In this document: piece after piece, positions 16,985 through 27,300 of the stretch
Layout of the letters: each line of letters begins with the position of its first letter
How positions within the stretch are numbered: the stretch's first letter is position 1
Assembly (NCBI GenBank): GCA_902763615.1
Contig: CACWSX010000009.1
Location: forward strand, 34,515 to 98,514
DNA from: an uncultured Prevotellaceae bacterium
GTDB lineage: Bacteria; Bacteroidota; Bacteroidia; Bacteroidales; Bacteroidaceae
Direction: 5' to 3'
DNA: 64,000 nt
Made by a program: the position numbers and the translations under genes
The notes under the pieces: generated by a model
The model's input: only the letters and a program-made list of their open reading frames with translations
Told to the model about the DNA's origin: nothing
The model's database searches: none

Positions 16985-18313
16985 ATGAATTTGAAATTCC
17001 GTTTATCGTTAATGAACTTCTTGGAGTTTGCAGTCTGGGGTGCCTACCTCACTTGTATGGGTAATTATTTGGGCATTGCCGGTCTGGGCGACAAGATTTC
17101 ATGGTTCTATGCCATTCAAGGTATAGTAAGTATCTTTATGCCCACACTGATGGGTATTGTAGCCGATAAATATATCCAGCCGCAACGTCTGTTAGGCCTC
17201 TGCCATTTGGTGGCGGGCTTCTTTATGCTCGGTTGCTGGTGGTTGGGTAGTCAAGCAGGCTTCGGACAAGAGTTGGCTGACAAGTCGTTGTTCATCGCTC
17301 TCTATACGTTGAGCGTGGCTTTCTTTATGCCTACTATTGCGCTTGCCAATACAGCGGCTTTCACTATTCTGAAAGAGAACAATATGGACACGGTGAAGGA
17401 CTTTCCCCCCATTCGTGTATTGGGGACCGTCGGCTTTATTGTCACGATGTGGTTTGTCAACTGCGCATTCATTGACGATAGCGGCTTTGGATTCACGTTG
17501 GCCGAGAATGCCCATAAGTTCCAGTACACCTATATGCAGTTCTTCGTGTCCGGCTTGTTGAGCATTGTGCTCTTCGCCTATTGCTTTACCTTGCCAGAGT
17601 GTAAGCTGGAGAAGAAAGACGACAAAGTGTCGTTCGTCGAAAGCCTTGGTCTTAATGCCTTCAAGCTGTTCAAGCGTCGTCAGATGGCGTTGTTTTTCAT
17701 CTTCTCGGCATTGCTGGGTATGTGCCTGCAGGTTACTAATGGTTTTGCAGGTCCTTTCCTGACCAGTTTCAAAGGTACGCCTGAGTTTGCAGACACCTTT
17801 GCAGCCAACAATGCCACGTTGCTGACGAGTATCTCGCAAATCAGTGAGGCCTTCTGCATCCTCCTCATCCCCTTCTTCCTGAAGCGTTTTGGCATCAAGA
17901 TCGTGATGCTCATGTCGCTCTTTGCATGGGTGTTCCGCTTTGGCTTCTTTGGTATAGGCGATCCTGCTATGCCGGGTGTGCTGTTCTTCGTGCTGTCGTG
18001 TATCGTCTATGGTGTAGCTTTCGACTTTTTCAATGTGTCGGGCGGTATATTTGTCGATCAGGAGTGCGAACCCAGTATTAAAGCTTCGGCTCAAGGCTTG
18101 TTCATGATGATGACCAATGGGTTGGGGGCTACCATCGGAACCTTGGCAGCTGGTGAGATCGTGAATGCATATTGCACATGGGAAGGTGGTTACCTGGTTG
18201 GCGACTGGACCTCGTGCTGGTTTGTCTTTGCCGCCTTCGCTTTGGTGGTAGGCATCACCTTCGCCATTGTTTTCAAACCCGAGAAGAAACCTATTGAGCA
18301 GGTTAACCATTAA
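16985..18313 (+). CDS. MFS nucleoside:H+ symporter (NupG family)
   Basis: LSLMNFLEFAVWGA, DFPPIRVLGTVGF, SQISE, YGVAFDFFN. Confidence 0.9.
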   Translation: MNLKFRLSLMNFLEFAVWGAYLTCMGNYLGIAGLGDKISWFYAIQGIVSIFMPTLMGIVADKYIQPQRLLGLCHLVAGFFMLGCWWLGSQAGFGQELADKSLFIALYTLSVAFFMPTIALANTAAFTILKENNMDTVKDFPPIRVLGTVGFIVTMWFVNCAFIDDSGFGFTLAENAHKFQYTYMQFFVSGLLSIVLFAYCFTLPECKLEKKDDKVSFVESLGLNAFKLFKRRQMALFFIFSALLGMCLQVTNGFAGPFLTSFKGTPEFADTFAANNATLLTSISQISEAFCILLIPFFLKRFGIKIVMLMSLFAWVFRFGFFGIGDPAMPGVLFFVLSCIVYGVAFDFFNVSGGIFVDQECEPSIKASAQGLFMMMTNGLGATIGTLAAGEIVNAYCTWEGGYLVGDWTSCWFVFAAFALVVGITFAIVFKPEKKPIEQVNH

Positions 18314-18333
18314 AAGCAGGTTACTTATATCGA

Positions 18334-19053
18334 ATGAAAGAAAGCAGATTCTTTTACGTCCCCGATGCTGATCAGCAGCAAGAATTGCCTGCTGCCGAGG
18401 CTATGCATGCCATGCGGGTGCTTCGGTTGAAAGGTGGCGACGAGCTGTTCCTGATGGATGGGGTCGGCAACTATTATCGTGCCGAGGTAACGATTGCCGC
18501 CACGCACAACTGTTACTACGACATTGTCGAACGCCAGCCTCAGACACCTCAATGGCAGGGACATGTCCATCTGGCCATTGCACCCACAAAGATGCTCGAC
18601 CGTATCGAGTGGATGATTGAGAAGGCTACAGAGGTGGGCGTCGATGAAATCACGTTCTTTCATAGCAAATTCTCAGAGCGTAGGGTGGTGAAGATTCCCC
18701 GCTTGGAAAAGATAGCCATCTCTGCCATGAAACAGAGTCATAAGGCTTGGAAGCCTGTCATTCACGATATCGTGTCTTTCAAGGACTTTATTGCTTCGCC
18801 TGTTGAGGGTCGGAAATATATTGCGCACTGCTATGAGGAGATACCTCGTGTTAGCCTCTTTACCGAGTTGCAGGCGCTCGACCCTACAGAACCCGTCACT
18901 GTGCTGATAGGTCCTGAGGGTGACTTCTCCATCGACGAGGTGCAGATGGCAATCGAAGCAGGCTACCAGTCGGTGCACTTGGGTAATAGCCGCCTTCGTA
19001 CGGAGACTGCAGGCCTGATGGCCGTAACAATGATGCAACTTTCTAAAACATAA
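18334..19053 (+). CDS. rsmE: 16S rRNA m3U1498 methyltransferase
   Basis: HAMRVLRL, EKATEVG, IGPEGDF, LRTETA. Confidence 0.95.
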   Translation: MKESRFFYVPDADQQQELPAAEAMHAMRVLRLKGGDELFLMDGVGNYYRAEVTIAATHNCYYDIVERQPQTPQWQGHVHLAIAPTKMLDRIEWMIEKATEVGVDEITFFHSKFSERRVVKIPRLEKIAISAMKQSHKAWKPVIHDIVSFKDFIASPVEGRKYIAHCYEEIPRVSLFTELQALDPTEPVTVLIGPEGDFSIDEVQMAIEAGYQSVHLGNSRLRTETAGLMAVTMMQLSKT

Positions 19054-19057
19054 AAAA

Positions 19058-20398
19058 ATGACTGACGAGAAAATCATGTCAACCATCAAACCTGATGGTG
19101 AGTACTGGCAACCGGAATTAGAGACCATGCCAAGAGAGCAACTCCAACAGTTGCAAGTTAAAAAACTCAAGGAGTCTATCAATGTCGCCTTGAAGTCGCC
19201 TTTTTACAAGAAACGTCTGGGCGAGGCTGGTATTACGGCCGATTCTATCAATACGGTCGATGATATCCGTAAGATTCCCTTCACCACGAAGCAGGATCTG
19301 CGCGACAACTATCCTTTCGGATTGGTAGGTGCTAATTTGGATGATGCTGTTCGCATCCACTCTACCAGTGGCACGACGGGAAATCCCTGTGTCGTCGTTT
19401 ATTCAGAGCACGACATTTGTTCGTGGGCAAATATGATTGCCCGTAACCTCTACATGGTGGGCTGTCGCAAGAGCGATGTGTTCCAGAACTCCAGCGGCTA
19501 TGGCATGTTCACGGGTGGTCTGGGCTTCCAGTATGGTGCAGAGTGGTTAGGTGCTATGACGGTTCCTGCTGCGGCAGGCAACTCCAAGCGCCAGATTAAG
19601 TTCATCAAGGACTTCGGCACCACCTGTCTCCACGCTATTCCTTCTTATGCCATCCGTCTGGCAGAAGTCTTTAAGGAGGAGGGCGTCGATCCCGCCTCCA
19701 CCAAACTCCGTACCCTCTGTATCGGTGCTGAGCCCCATACTGAGGAGCAGCGTCGTCGCATCGAGCGTATGCTGGGCGTGAAAGCTTACAACTCATTTGG
19801 TATGACTGAGATGAACGGCCCTGGTGTGGCCTTCGAGTGTAAGTATCAGGAAGGCATGCACCTTTGGGAAGACAACTATATCGTGGAAATTGTCGATCCT
19901 GACACCCTCGAGCCAGTACCCGATGGTGAGATGGGCGAGATGGTGCTCACCACGCTCGACCGAACAATGATGCCTATATTAAGGTATCGTACACGCGACC
20001 TTACCCGTATTTTGCCAGGTGAATGTAAGTGCGGACGTACCCACCGTCGTATCGACCGCATCAAGGGTCGTACGGATGATATGTTCATCATCAAGGGTGT
20101 CAATGTCTTCCCGATGCAGGTGGAGAAGATTCTCGTGCAATATCCAGGCTTGGGCAGCAACTACCTGATCACCCTCGAGACCATCGACGACAATGATGTC
20201 ATGACCGTAGAGGTTGAGCTCGATGGCTTGGAGACAGATATCTATCCCGAGATTCAGAGGATGACCAAGGATATCCAGCGTGCCTTGAAGGATGAGATTC
20301 TCCTCACACCTCAGGTGAAGCTCGTCAAGAAGGGTTCTCTGCCTCAGAGCGAGGGCAAGGCCGTCCGTGTGCATGATCTCCGTCATAACAAGGATTAA
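19058..20398 (+). CDS. paaK: Phenylacetate--CoA ligase family protein
   Basis: HSTSGTTG, GYGMFTGGLG, RYRTRD, GRTDDMFIIKGVNVFP, EGKAVRV. Confidence 0.88.
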   Translation: MTDEKIMSTIKPDGEYWQPELETMPREQLQQLQVKKLKESINVALKSPFYKKRLGEAGITADSINTVDDIRKIPFTTKQDLRDNYPFGLVGANLDDAVRIHSTSGTTGNPCVVVYSEHDICSWANMIARNLYMVGCRKSDVFQNSSGYGMFTGGLGFQYGAEWLGAMTVPAAAGNSKRQIKFIKDFGTTCLHAIPSYAIRLAEVFKEEGVDPASTKLRTLCIGAEPHTEEQRRRIERMLGVKAYNSFGMTEMNGPGVAFECKYQEGMHLWEDNYIVEIVDPDTLEPVPDGEMGEMVLTTLDRTMMPILRYRTRDLTRILPGECKCGRTHRRIDRIKGRTDDMFIIKGVNVFPMQVEKILVQYPGLGSNYLITLETIDDNDVMTVEVELDGLETDIYPEIQRMTKDIQRALKDEILLTPQVKLVKKGSLPQSEGKAVRVHDLRHNKD

Positions 20399-20402
20399 TT
20401 GC

Positions 20403-20906
20403 ATGCGTCGTCATTGGATTTTAGGATTGTTGTTGCTCCTGTTGGTGCAGATGGGTAGGGCAGAAGGCTTGAAGATGCGCGAAGTCTTCAAACAGATGCC
20501 CGATTCCCTTTTGCCATATCTCTCAGAGAACAACCGTTTGGATTTTATCGACTTCATTGATTCTAAGATGAAGGCTGAGGTGAAAAACCGTCTGGGCGGA
20601 ACCAGCGAGATGACGGTGCTTACCGATAGCACGCTGAGTATTCGAATGAGCGAGGCTCTGCAGATTGATATGCTCTTGCTGAGAACGGTGGAAACCGCTG
20701 ATGCAGGAAGTAGCGAGATAATCTGTCTGATTGAGACTTTCGGTGCTGATTCCCTCAGCCTCGAAAGCACGGTTCGTTTCTTCACGTCCTCATGGCAGTT
20801 GTTGAACGAGCCGCCATCTATTTCGGTGTCAGATCAGAACACTATTTCGTCCAAAAAAATGCAAACAATTCTAAAAAGAGATGATGAAATTCTAAAAAAG
20901 AATTAA
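20403..20906 (+). CDS. DUF3256 family secreted protein
   Basis: MPDSLLPYLSENNRLDFIDF...VKNRLGG.S; signal peptide. Confidence 0.75.
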   Translation: MRRHWILGLLLLLLVQMGRAEGLKMREVFKQMPDSLLPYLSENNRLDFIDFIDSKMKAEVKNRLGGTSEMTVLTDSTLSIRMSEALQIDMLLLRTVETADAGSSEIICLIETFGADSLSLESTVRFFTSSWQLLNEPPSISVSDQNTISSKKMQTILKRDDEILKKN

Positions 20907-20970
20907 AATAGTGCAAATTACACGCTGCATTTGTCGAATGACTTTTGTTTTTTTTGTACATTTGCAGAGT

Positions 20971-21036
20971 GTTTTTCATGGTATTAGATTATTAAGGTTA
21001 AAAGGAAAATAGGTTATCGTGAGATAACCTACTTTC
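20971..21036 (+). ncRNA. Candidate short Bacteroidales sRNA (possibly FopS-like multicopy family)
   Basis: TACATTTG promoter at 20957-20964, body TTTTCATGGTATTAGATTATTAAGGTTAAAA, terminator TAGGTTATC-GTGA-GATAACCTA (21010-21031). Confidence 0.65.
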
Positions 21037-21253
21037 AACTCCGACGAAAATTATTTTTTAGTAGTCGGAGATGAAAAGGGAGCTTGGGAAAGTTCCCTTT
21101 TCTGTTTTTCGCCAACAGAGATCGAGACAATCCGAACCGTCCTTTACGAGATATGCCTGCCCGATCTCGAATTCGACGGCTACGAGGACGTTCTTCCTGT
21201 CGCCGAAATTTTGTGATACTAAATTTTTGTTTCATTCAAAATTTCTCATTTCT

Positions 21254-21655
21254 CTATTCATCTATTCATTTTGTATCTTATTCATTTATATTCAGAGAGT
21301 TATCTAATGAATAGTACTCTTATACTATTCATTAACTATTCATTATTTATCATTCAGATATCATCTTTTATTGCAAGAAACGTAATTAAACCTCTAAAGA
21401 CTAGTTTGTTACACTACAGTAACTCAATTCGTAACATTTTGTAACAAGCCTTGTTACAAAGTGTCACCGCCATTGTGACAAAGTGTTACCATTGTTTTTA
21501 CAATAGCGTGACACTTATTTTTCTTGAATCAGTAATTGCAGATTGATAACAAAAATCGCTAAATAATGAATAGTCGCATCACTATTCATAGCCACTATTC
21601 ATTATGTAACCATTTGATTATCTTAATGTTATACGGAATAATGAATAGTGAATAG
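21254..21655. repeat. Array of CTATTCA/TGAATAG boxes around approximately 22-bp palindromic units, with an IHF site
   Basis: About ten boxes at 21254, 21262, 21306, 21325, 21336, 21565, 21582, 21595, 21640, 21649; perfect palindrome TTTGTAACAAG-C-CTTGTTACAAA at 21438-21460; IHF consensus at 21607-21619 (minus). Confidence 0.75.
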
Positions 21656-21920
21656 TGTTTTCATTATTTCTAGTCAATAATTTCATTTTGATAAATTGGC
21701 TCGCAATAAGGCCAGAGCAAAGGGCTTGAGCCAAACGGTCATTCAACATTTAACGAGATCCTTCGTTCCCTTCGAATAGTCAATGATGACAACAACATCA
21801 CCATCTTCAGTCTCATTGGTCGTAAGGATCTGATGGCCGATTCCTTCTAATTCAAGGGATAGAATTCACTTTTCCCCCTGAAAATTTGGAACTTTCGAAT
21901 AATGTTCGTATCTTTGTAAC

Positions 21921-22050
21921 GTGAAAGGAGAAACCGAGTAGAGCCACGATGTGTGGAACGGTGGTATCTGTGTGATGATGAGCAATTCGACCTTGCCGCT
22001 TGGTTTCCTTCACTCAAATACAGAGCTGGTCACGTGTGGCCAGCTTTTTC
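21921..22050 (+). ncRNA. Candidate structured sRNA of about 130 nt
   Basis: TTTG (21885-21888) plus TATCTTTG (21909-21916) promoter; 5' GTGAAAGGAGAAACCGAG pairs with CTTGGTTTCCTTCAC (21999-22013); terminator AGCTGGTCAC-GT-GTGGCCAGCT-TTTT (22024-22049); no useful ORF. Confidence 0.65.
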
Positions 22051-22078
22051 TATTTTGATTCTATATACTTTATGATTT

Positions 22079-22136
22079 CCACAAGCCTTGCGGAAGGTTA
22101 GGGAGCTTGCTTAATCAGAAAAATATCGTATCTTTG
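22079..22136 (+). promoter_or_regulatory. Palindromic operator copy 1 plus sigma-A promoter
   Basis: CCACAAG-C-CTTGCGG at 22079-22093; TATCTTTG at 22129-22136. Confidence 0.7.
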
Positions 22137-22162
22137 CACCAACTAATTAAGAGAAAGAAGAT

Positions 22163-23173
22163 ATGATATACAAAACTCCAAAGCGGAATACCCCTATTGC
22201 CACGCTCATTAAGAACTATGTCAACAAGAAGAGTGGCAAAGTTGCTGAATCTAGGAAAGAGATTCAAAGACGATTCGAGCATCTCGATTGGAAAGATCAG
22301 AAGAAAATACTTATAGCATCCCTTGATTCTTGTAAGTCAGACAGACAATGGGCCTATTCGAAACTTTACAATCATTGGGACAAGTCTTTTGAGGAAAAGG
22401 TGAGAAAGTTGTGGGATGAACTCCACGAGCCGATGTGCGCTTGGCCTATTATCCGTTTCTTCCCCATTTCCTATGTGAAGGAGAATATGACATCGTTCAC
22501 TGGCGAAAGAGACTTCTATTTTATTAGCCTTCGTCTGGCAGAAGATCCGAACTATATCATTGATAAGAGCAAATTAAGGACTGTCGATTACTTGGCTGTG
22601 CTATATTATTCAGGCAGAACGCTGTCTGACGATGATGCCATTGATATGTTGTTTGAGATTGTCCATGATTTGTGCATCTCTGGCTTCTCGATATATGAGA
22701 CACATATGGATTACGATGAAAGCCTATTTGACCTTTCAAAACATCTAAGCATTAATCGTGCGAAAAACTATCTATTTAGGATGGACCATTATAAAGCGGT
22801 AGATCTTTTTGACGAATGGAATCGGAAAGTGCGCAACAATATCAGGGATAGTCATGAATATGCCGTCTTGAAAGAATGGGGATTCCCTCGCTATGATTTA
22901 TTTGAACAAGGCATATTGATTGTTAGGAAATACGCCTATACGGCGCTTGATAACAAATATAAACACCCTTCAGATATGATTGTGACAGAAATGTTTTCAT
23001 TAGCAGATTTAATATTTCGCCAACCTCCTGAAGATGTGCCGTCAAGAATCACTAATGATATGCTTCCATCCGATCCGTCGTTTTTGGAGAAAATAAAGCA
23101 AACCAATGTTGAAGTCAAGAAGTTGGTGGACGACTTTGAATTGGAACTATTTGATGGAGATGTTCCGTTCTAG
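22163..23173 (+). CDS. Hypothetical protein; N-terminal domain shared with the 30850 protein, acidic DVPF tail
   Basis: 336-aa ORF with its own promoter; no family recognised. Confidence 0.8.
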   Translation: MIYKTPKRNTPIATLIKNYVNKKSGKVAESRKEIQRRFEHLDWKDQKKILIASLDSCKSDRQWAYSKLYNHWDKSFEEKVRKLWDELHEPMCAWPIIRFFPISYVKENMTSFTGERDFYFISLRLAEDPNYIIDKSKLRTVDYLAVLYYSGRTLSDDDAIDMLFEIVHDLCISGFSIYETHMDYDESLFDLSKHLSINRAKNYLFRMDHYKAVDLFDEWNRKVRNNIRDSHEYAVLKEWGFPRYDLFEQGILIVRKYAYTALDNKYKHPSDMIVTEMFSLADLIFRQPPEDVPSRITNDMLPSDPSFLEKIKQTNVEVKKLVDDFELELFDGDVPF

Positions 23174-23186
23174 GCGTATTTTTCAG

Positions 23187-23256
23187 TCCACAAGTCTTGT
23201 GGAATTACTTTTTTTGCTCCAAATCCTTTTTCTGTCAGAAAAAAGTTGTATCTTTG
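23187..23256 (+). promoter_or_regulatory. Palindromic operator copy 2 plus sigma-A promoter
   Basis: TCCACAAG-T-CTTGTGGA at 23187-23203; TATCTTTG at 23249-23256. Confidence 0.72.
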
Positions 23257-23293
23257 CAAAATCAAGAGCTAGAATGCTAAAGCAATCGTATTT

Positions 23294-24361
23294 ATGGCAA
23301 CATGGGCAAAAGAGAATTTACCTAGAGAAAATGGCGAAATGGTCCCTATGCAGGTTCCAATAATTGTTTCTGCAAGTAGGAGTACAGATATCCCTGCCTT
23401 CTATGCTGATTGGTTTTTCCATCGGCTGAAGGTCGGCTATTCTGCATGGACTAATCCATTTAACGGTGTTAAAGGTTATGTTTCATATAAGAATACTCGC
23501 TTTATCGTATTCTGGTCAAAAGATCCCTCTCCACTTATTGCTCATTTAGATGAGTTGAGAGAAAGGAAGATCGGATTCTATATTCAATACACCTTAAATG
23601 ATTATGTCAAAGAAGGTCTGGAAAAGGGAGTGAAACCTTTGGAATATCGAATCGACACTTTCAAACGATTGGTTGATAAGTTAGGCGTAGGAAGTGTTAT
23701 CTGGCGATTTGACCCTCTAATGCTCACTGATACGATTGATATCGACACGCTTCTCGGAAAGATAGACAATATTGGCAATCAGTTAAAAGGCTATACTGAG
23801 AAACTCGTCTTTAGCTATGCAGACATTGCCTTATACAGAAAGGTGAAGTCGAATCTCGAGAAGAACGGCATTAATAGCAGAGACTGGACTGAAGATGAAA
23901 TGCATGAGTTTGCAAAGGGATTGGCCAAACTAAACCAATCTTGGGGTTATACCTTGGCAACCTGTGGCGAGAAGATAGATCTTAAGCCCTATGGCGTTGA
24001 GCATAACCATTGTGTTGATGACGCCTTGATTATTAGGCTCGCGTATCACGATAAAGTCCTTATGGACTTCCTAAAAGTCAAGATACACCCAATGCCAAGC
24101 CTTTCTATCTTTGGAGATACGGAACCACTACCGCCTGATGCAATTATTCTTCCCAATAATACATATGTAACCCGTGGCGACAATAGAGATAAAGGTCAAA
24201 GAGAGTTCTGCGGATGCATGAAGAGTAAAGACATAGGTGAATATAATACGTGTGTTCACCTATGTGAATATTGCTATGCGAACACAAGTAAACAGGCTGC
24301 TGCACTCAATTATAATAGTCATAAAAACAATTCAAGGAGTGAAACAATAACGGGAAAGTAA
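23294..24361 (+). CDS. DUF1848 domain protein (radical-SAM-like, C-terminal CxxxCxxC)
   Basis: IVSASRSTDIPAFYADWF, FWSK, IWRFDP, TCGE, CGC..SKDIGEYNTCVHLCEYCYA. Confidence 0.9.
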   Translation: MATWAKENLPRENGEMVPMQVPIIVSASRSTDIPAFYADWFFHRLKVGYSAWTNPFNGVKGYVSYKNTRFIVFWSKDPSPLIAHLDELRERKIGFYIQYTLNDYVKEGLEKGVKPLEYRIDTFKRLVDKLGVGSVIWRFDPLMLTDTIDIDTLLGKIDNIGNQLKGYTEKLVFSYADIALYRKVKSNLEKNGINSRDWTEDEMHEFAKGLAKLNQSWGYTLATCGEKIDLKPYGVEHNHCVDDALIIRLAYHDKVLMDFLKVKIHPMPSLSIFGDTEPLPPDAIILPNNTYVTRGDNRDKGQREFCGCMKSKDIGEYNTCVHLCEYCYANTSKQAAALNYNSHKNNSRSETITGK

Positions 24362-24365
24362 TAAT

Positions 24366-27300
24366 TTGAGGGACTATATGTGCTACGTAACCGATATACA
24401 GAAAATAAGTGACCTGACTATAAATGATATCATCAAGGTCTCTTTACGTTATGTACCGGAGTCATTCAAGTCATGTCCTTGGGCGTATAGGGATAGTGAG
24501 GGACGAACGTTGGAACATGGTACGGCTGTTCTTGAAACAGAAGAACAGTGTTGTGCATACATGGCAGCTTATGGGCCGATGCATCAACACAAGTTAATTC
24601 GTGCATTAGATGAGGATGAATTCCCCTACGAAGCTTTGAACAATGGCGTAGAGATTTATGATTGGGGATGCGGTCAGGGTATTGGTACTGTCGCTATCAT
24701 TGAAAAACTACGGCAGTTTGGCTGGTTGTCAAAGCTGAAGAAAGTCACCTTAGAGGAACCTTCTAATGTGGCAAGGCAACGAGCAGTATTACATGTCAGA
24801 CAGGCATTAGGGGGGCAAAATATTGAGATTGCTGACGTTTCCTATTATCTTCCTTCAGATTATGGCGACAACAGCAACTCTATTACGAAAATTGATGTTC
24901 GTGAGCCTTGTGCCATACATATCTTCTCGAATATTCTGGATATTGAAGCTGTCAGCCTGAGGGGTGTTTCAAAGATGATAACCTCTTCTGGTGCTCAGCA
25001 TATAGCCCTGTGTATAGGTCCGGCAAATCTAAATGAAAGCCGAATCAATACCTTTAGCTATTATTTCAAAAAGGAAGGCCTATGGGTGTTTACAGAATTC
25101 CGCGATACGAATTTTGGTCATCATCCCAATGGAAGGGCATATGGTTGCCTGATTAAGAGTTTTACATATAGCCTGACACGTAACAGTAATATTCTGCATA
25201 AATACAGCTACTATGCTCCTGTTCAGCTATTTGCGTCCTATTCAGATGTCAATTTGCAGGGGTCTTCATTACAAAGTGCTTTTGAGATTCTAGCTCCATT
25301 TGATATGACGGCACATAAAAATCTTTGCCCAGTCTATGCCCTTGTTAGCAATCTTATCTCACGTGGTTGTCCAACATTGGCCAGTCCAAAGGTATTGGAT
25401 GCAATCAGTTCGAAAGATAAAGCAAAGAGCCTTAATGCCGTTGCACGTATTCAGAAAACCTTCATAGAGGCAATGATATCTGATCGCATAGATTTGAAGA
25501 AGGACACTTTGGATATTCTTGTGATTGAAGATGACACGTCAGTGGCAAAGATAGCCATTAATGATTTTGTTGAGTTATACCATCATATCGTTGCTATGAC
25601 GCAGGATTATTCGGACTTGACCCTTCCCCCAATTAACATATATGGTAAGAGGGAGGCTAAGCCCCAGACAACTTATGATGCTATTATTGATGTGTCTATC
25701 GACCAGTTATGTAATCCTGAAGAAGTGGTATTCTCTGATTATAAGGCCAACAACGACTGCTTTTTTGTTGTGCGCTCTTCAAAGTCTGTATATGCAGAAA
25801 GATTTCTCTATACAACTGAGAGAATCAAGTATAAGCCTCTCGTTGAAAGGGACACACAAGGAAATTATCACAATATTGAGGATGTTTGTGGCCACCTGCG
25901 CTATTTTCTGAACCTGATTTTCAGAAAAGAAGATTTCAGACCTGGCCAGCTACCCATCCTTAGTCGGGCATTACAGCTAAAGAGTGTCATCGGATTGTTG
26001 CCAACAGGTGGTGGTAAATCTCTTACCTATCAGCTAGCAGCCATGTTACAGCCTAGTGTTACTTTGGTTGTTGATCCGTTGAAGGGATTGATGAAAGATC
26101 AATATGATGGATTGCAAAAAACAGGTATAGACTGTATATCATTTATAAACGGTGATATTGTTGGTGAAGAAAGAACAAAGCGAGAACAGGCATTAACAGG
26201 TTCACAGACACAAATTATGTTTTTGTCACCTGAACGACTTAGCATTCACCGTTTCAGAGATGTTCTACGCTCTATGCGAGAATCCGATGTTTATTTTGCA
26301 TACGGTGTGATAGATGAAGTTCATTGCGTCTCTGAATGGGGACATGATTTCCGTCTAGCGTATCTCCATCTGGGTAGAAACTTATATAATTATGTCCTCC
26401 CCAAAGAAGTAGAAGGTGAAGATAATCATATCTCTTTATTTGGATTAACCGCAACTGCATCGTTTGACGTTCTCGCTGATGTAGAGAGAGAATTGTCGGG
26501 TAATAATTCGTATTCCTTGGAAGAAGATGCTACGGTAAGATATGAAAATACCAATCGACTAGAGTTACAGTATTATGTCTATCATGTAGACACGTCAACA
26601 GCTACAACGTCATGGGATGTCGGTGAAATTAAAGAAAATAGGCTTCTTGATGTAATTAATGATTCTACAGAGAAGTTAAAAGAGATCCAAGGGGGGTACG
26701 GTGTTGAAGAGATTAAAAAACGATTTCTTGAAAGGGAAAATATTTCTAATAAACAAAAGATAGTAGAAGTCGATTCTAATGATTTATCGGTTGAAGTAAA
26801 AAACGAATGGTATTTAAATAACAAAACAAATGCTTCTGGTATTATCTTCTGCCCTCGTGCAGGAAAAGATAAAAAAAATGAAAAAGAAAAGCCTGTAATA
26901 CTAAGTGTTCCATCTGTAGCAGATATCCTGGAAAGGGAAGGAGTTAATCTCATTTCTACATATAAAGGAGGAGATGATACAAGATGTCAGGATGATTTCC
27001 TTCAAGATCGTACAAAACTGATGGTCGCAACGAAAGCATTTGGTATGGGTATTGACAAGTCCAATGTTCGACTTACAATTCATTTAAATCATCCTTGCTC
27101 TTTAGAGTCATTCGTACAGGAAGCTGGACGCGCAGGGCGAGATGGGAAAATGGCATTGGCAACTATCATGTATGCAGACAAGCAATTTCAAAATCAAAAT
27201 GTTAAAACTAGACTGATGGAATGGCATTCTGCAGATTATGAAGTGAATAAATTTTTCTATGATACCAATTTCTTAGGAGAGAGTTTCGAATTGTTTGTAA

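Noticed and set aside
21254-21655. Possible CRISPR array
   Set aside because: Repeats are short, in both orientations and lack regular unique spacers; no cas genes.
21744-21866. Minus-strand 40-codon frame ILSLELEGIGHQ...DLVKC
   Set aside because: No start codon (in-frame stop directly upstream); at best an unidentifiable gene remnant.
21921-22050. Hammerhead ribozyme or retron msr-msd (GAAAC and TGATGA present)
   Set aside because: No CUGANGA core in the right order and no reverse transcriptase in the window.
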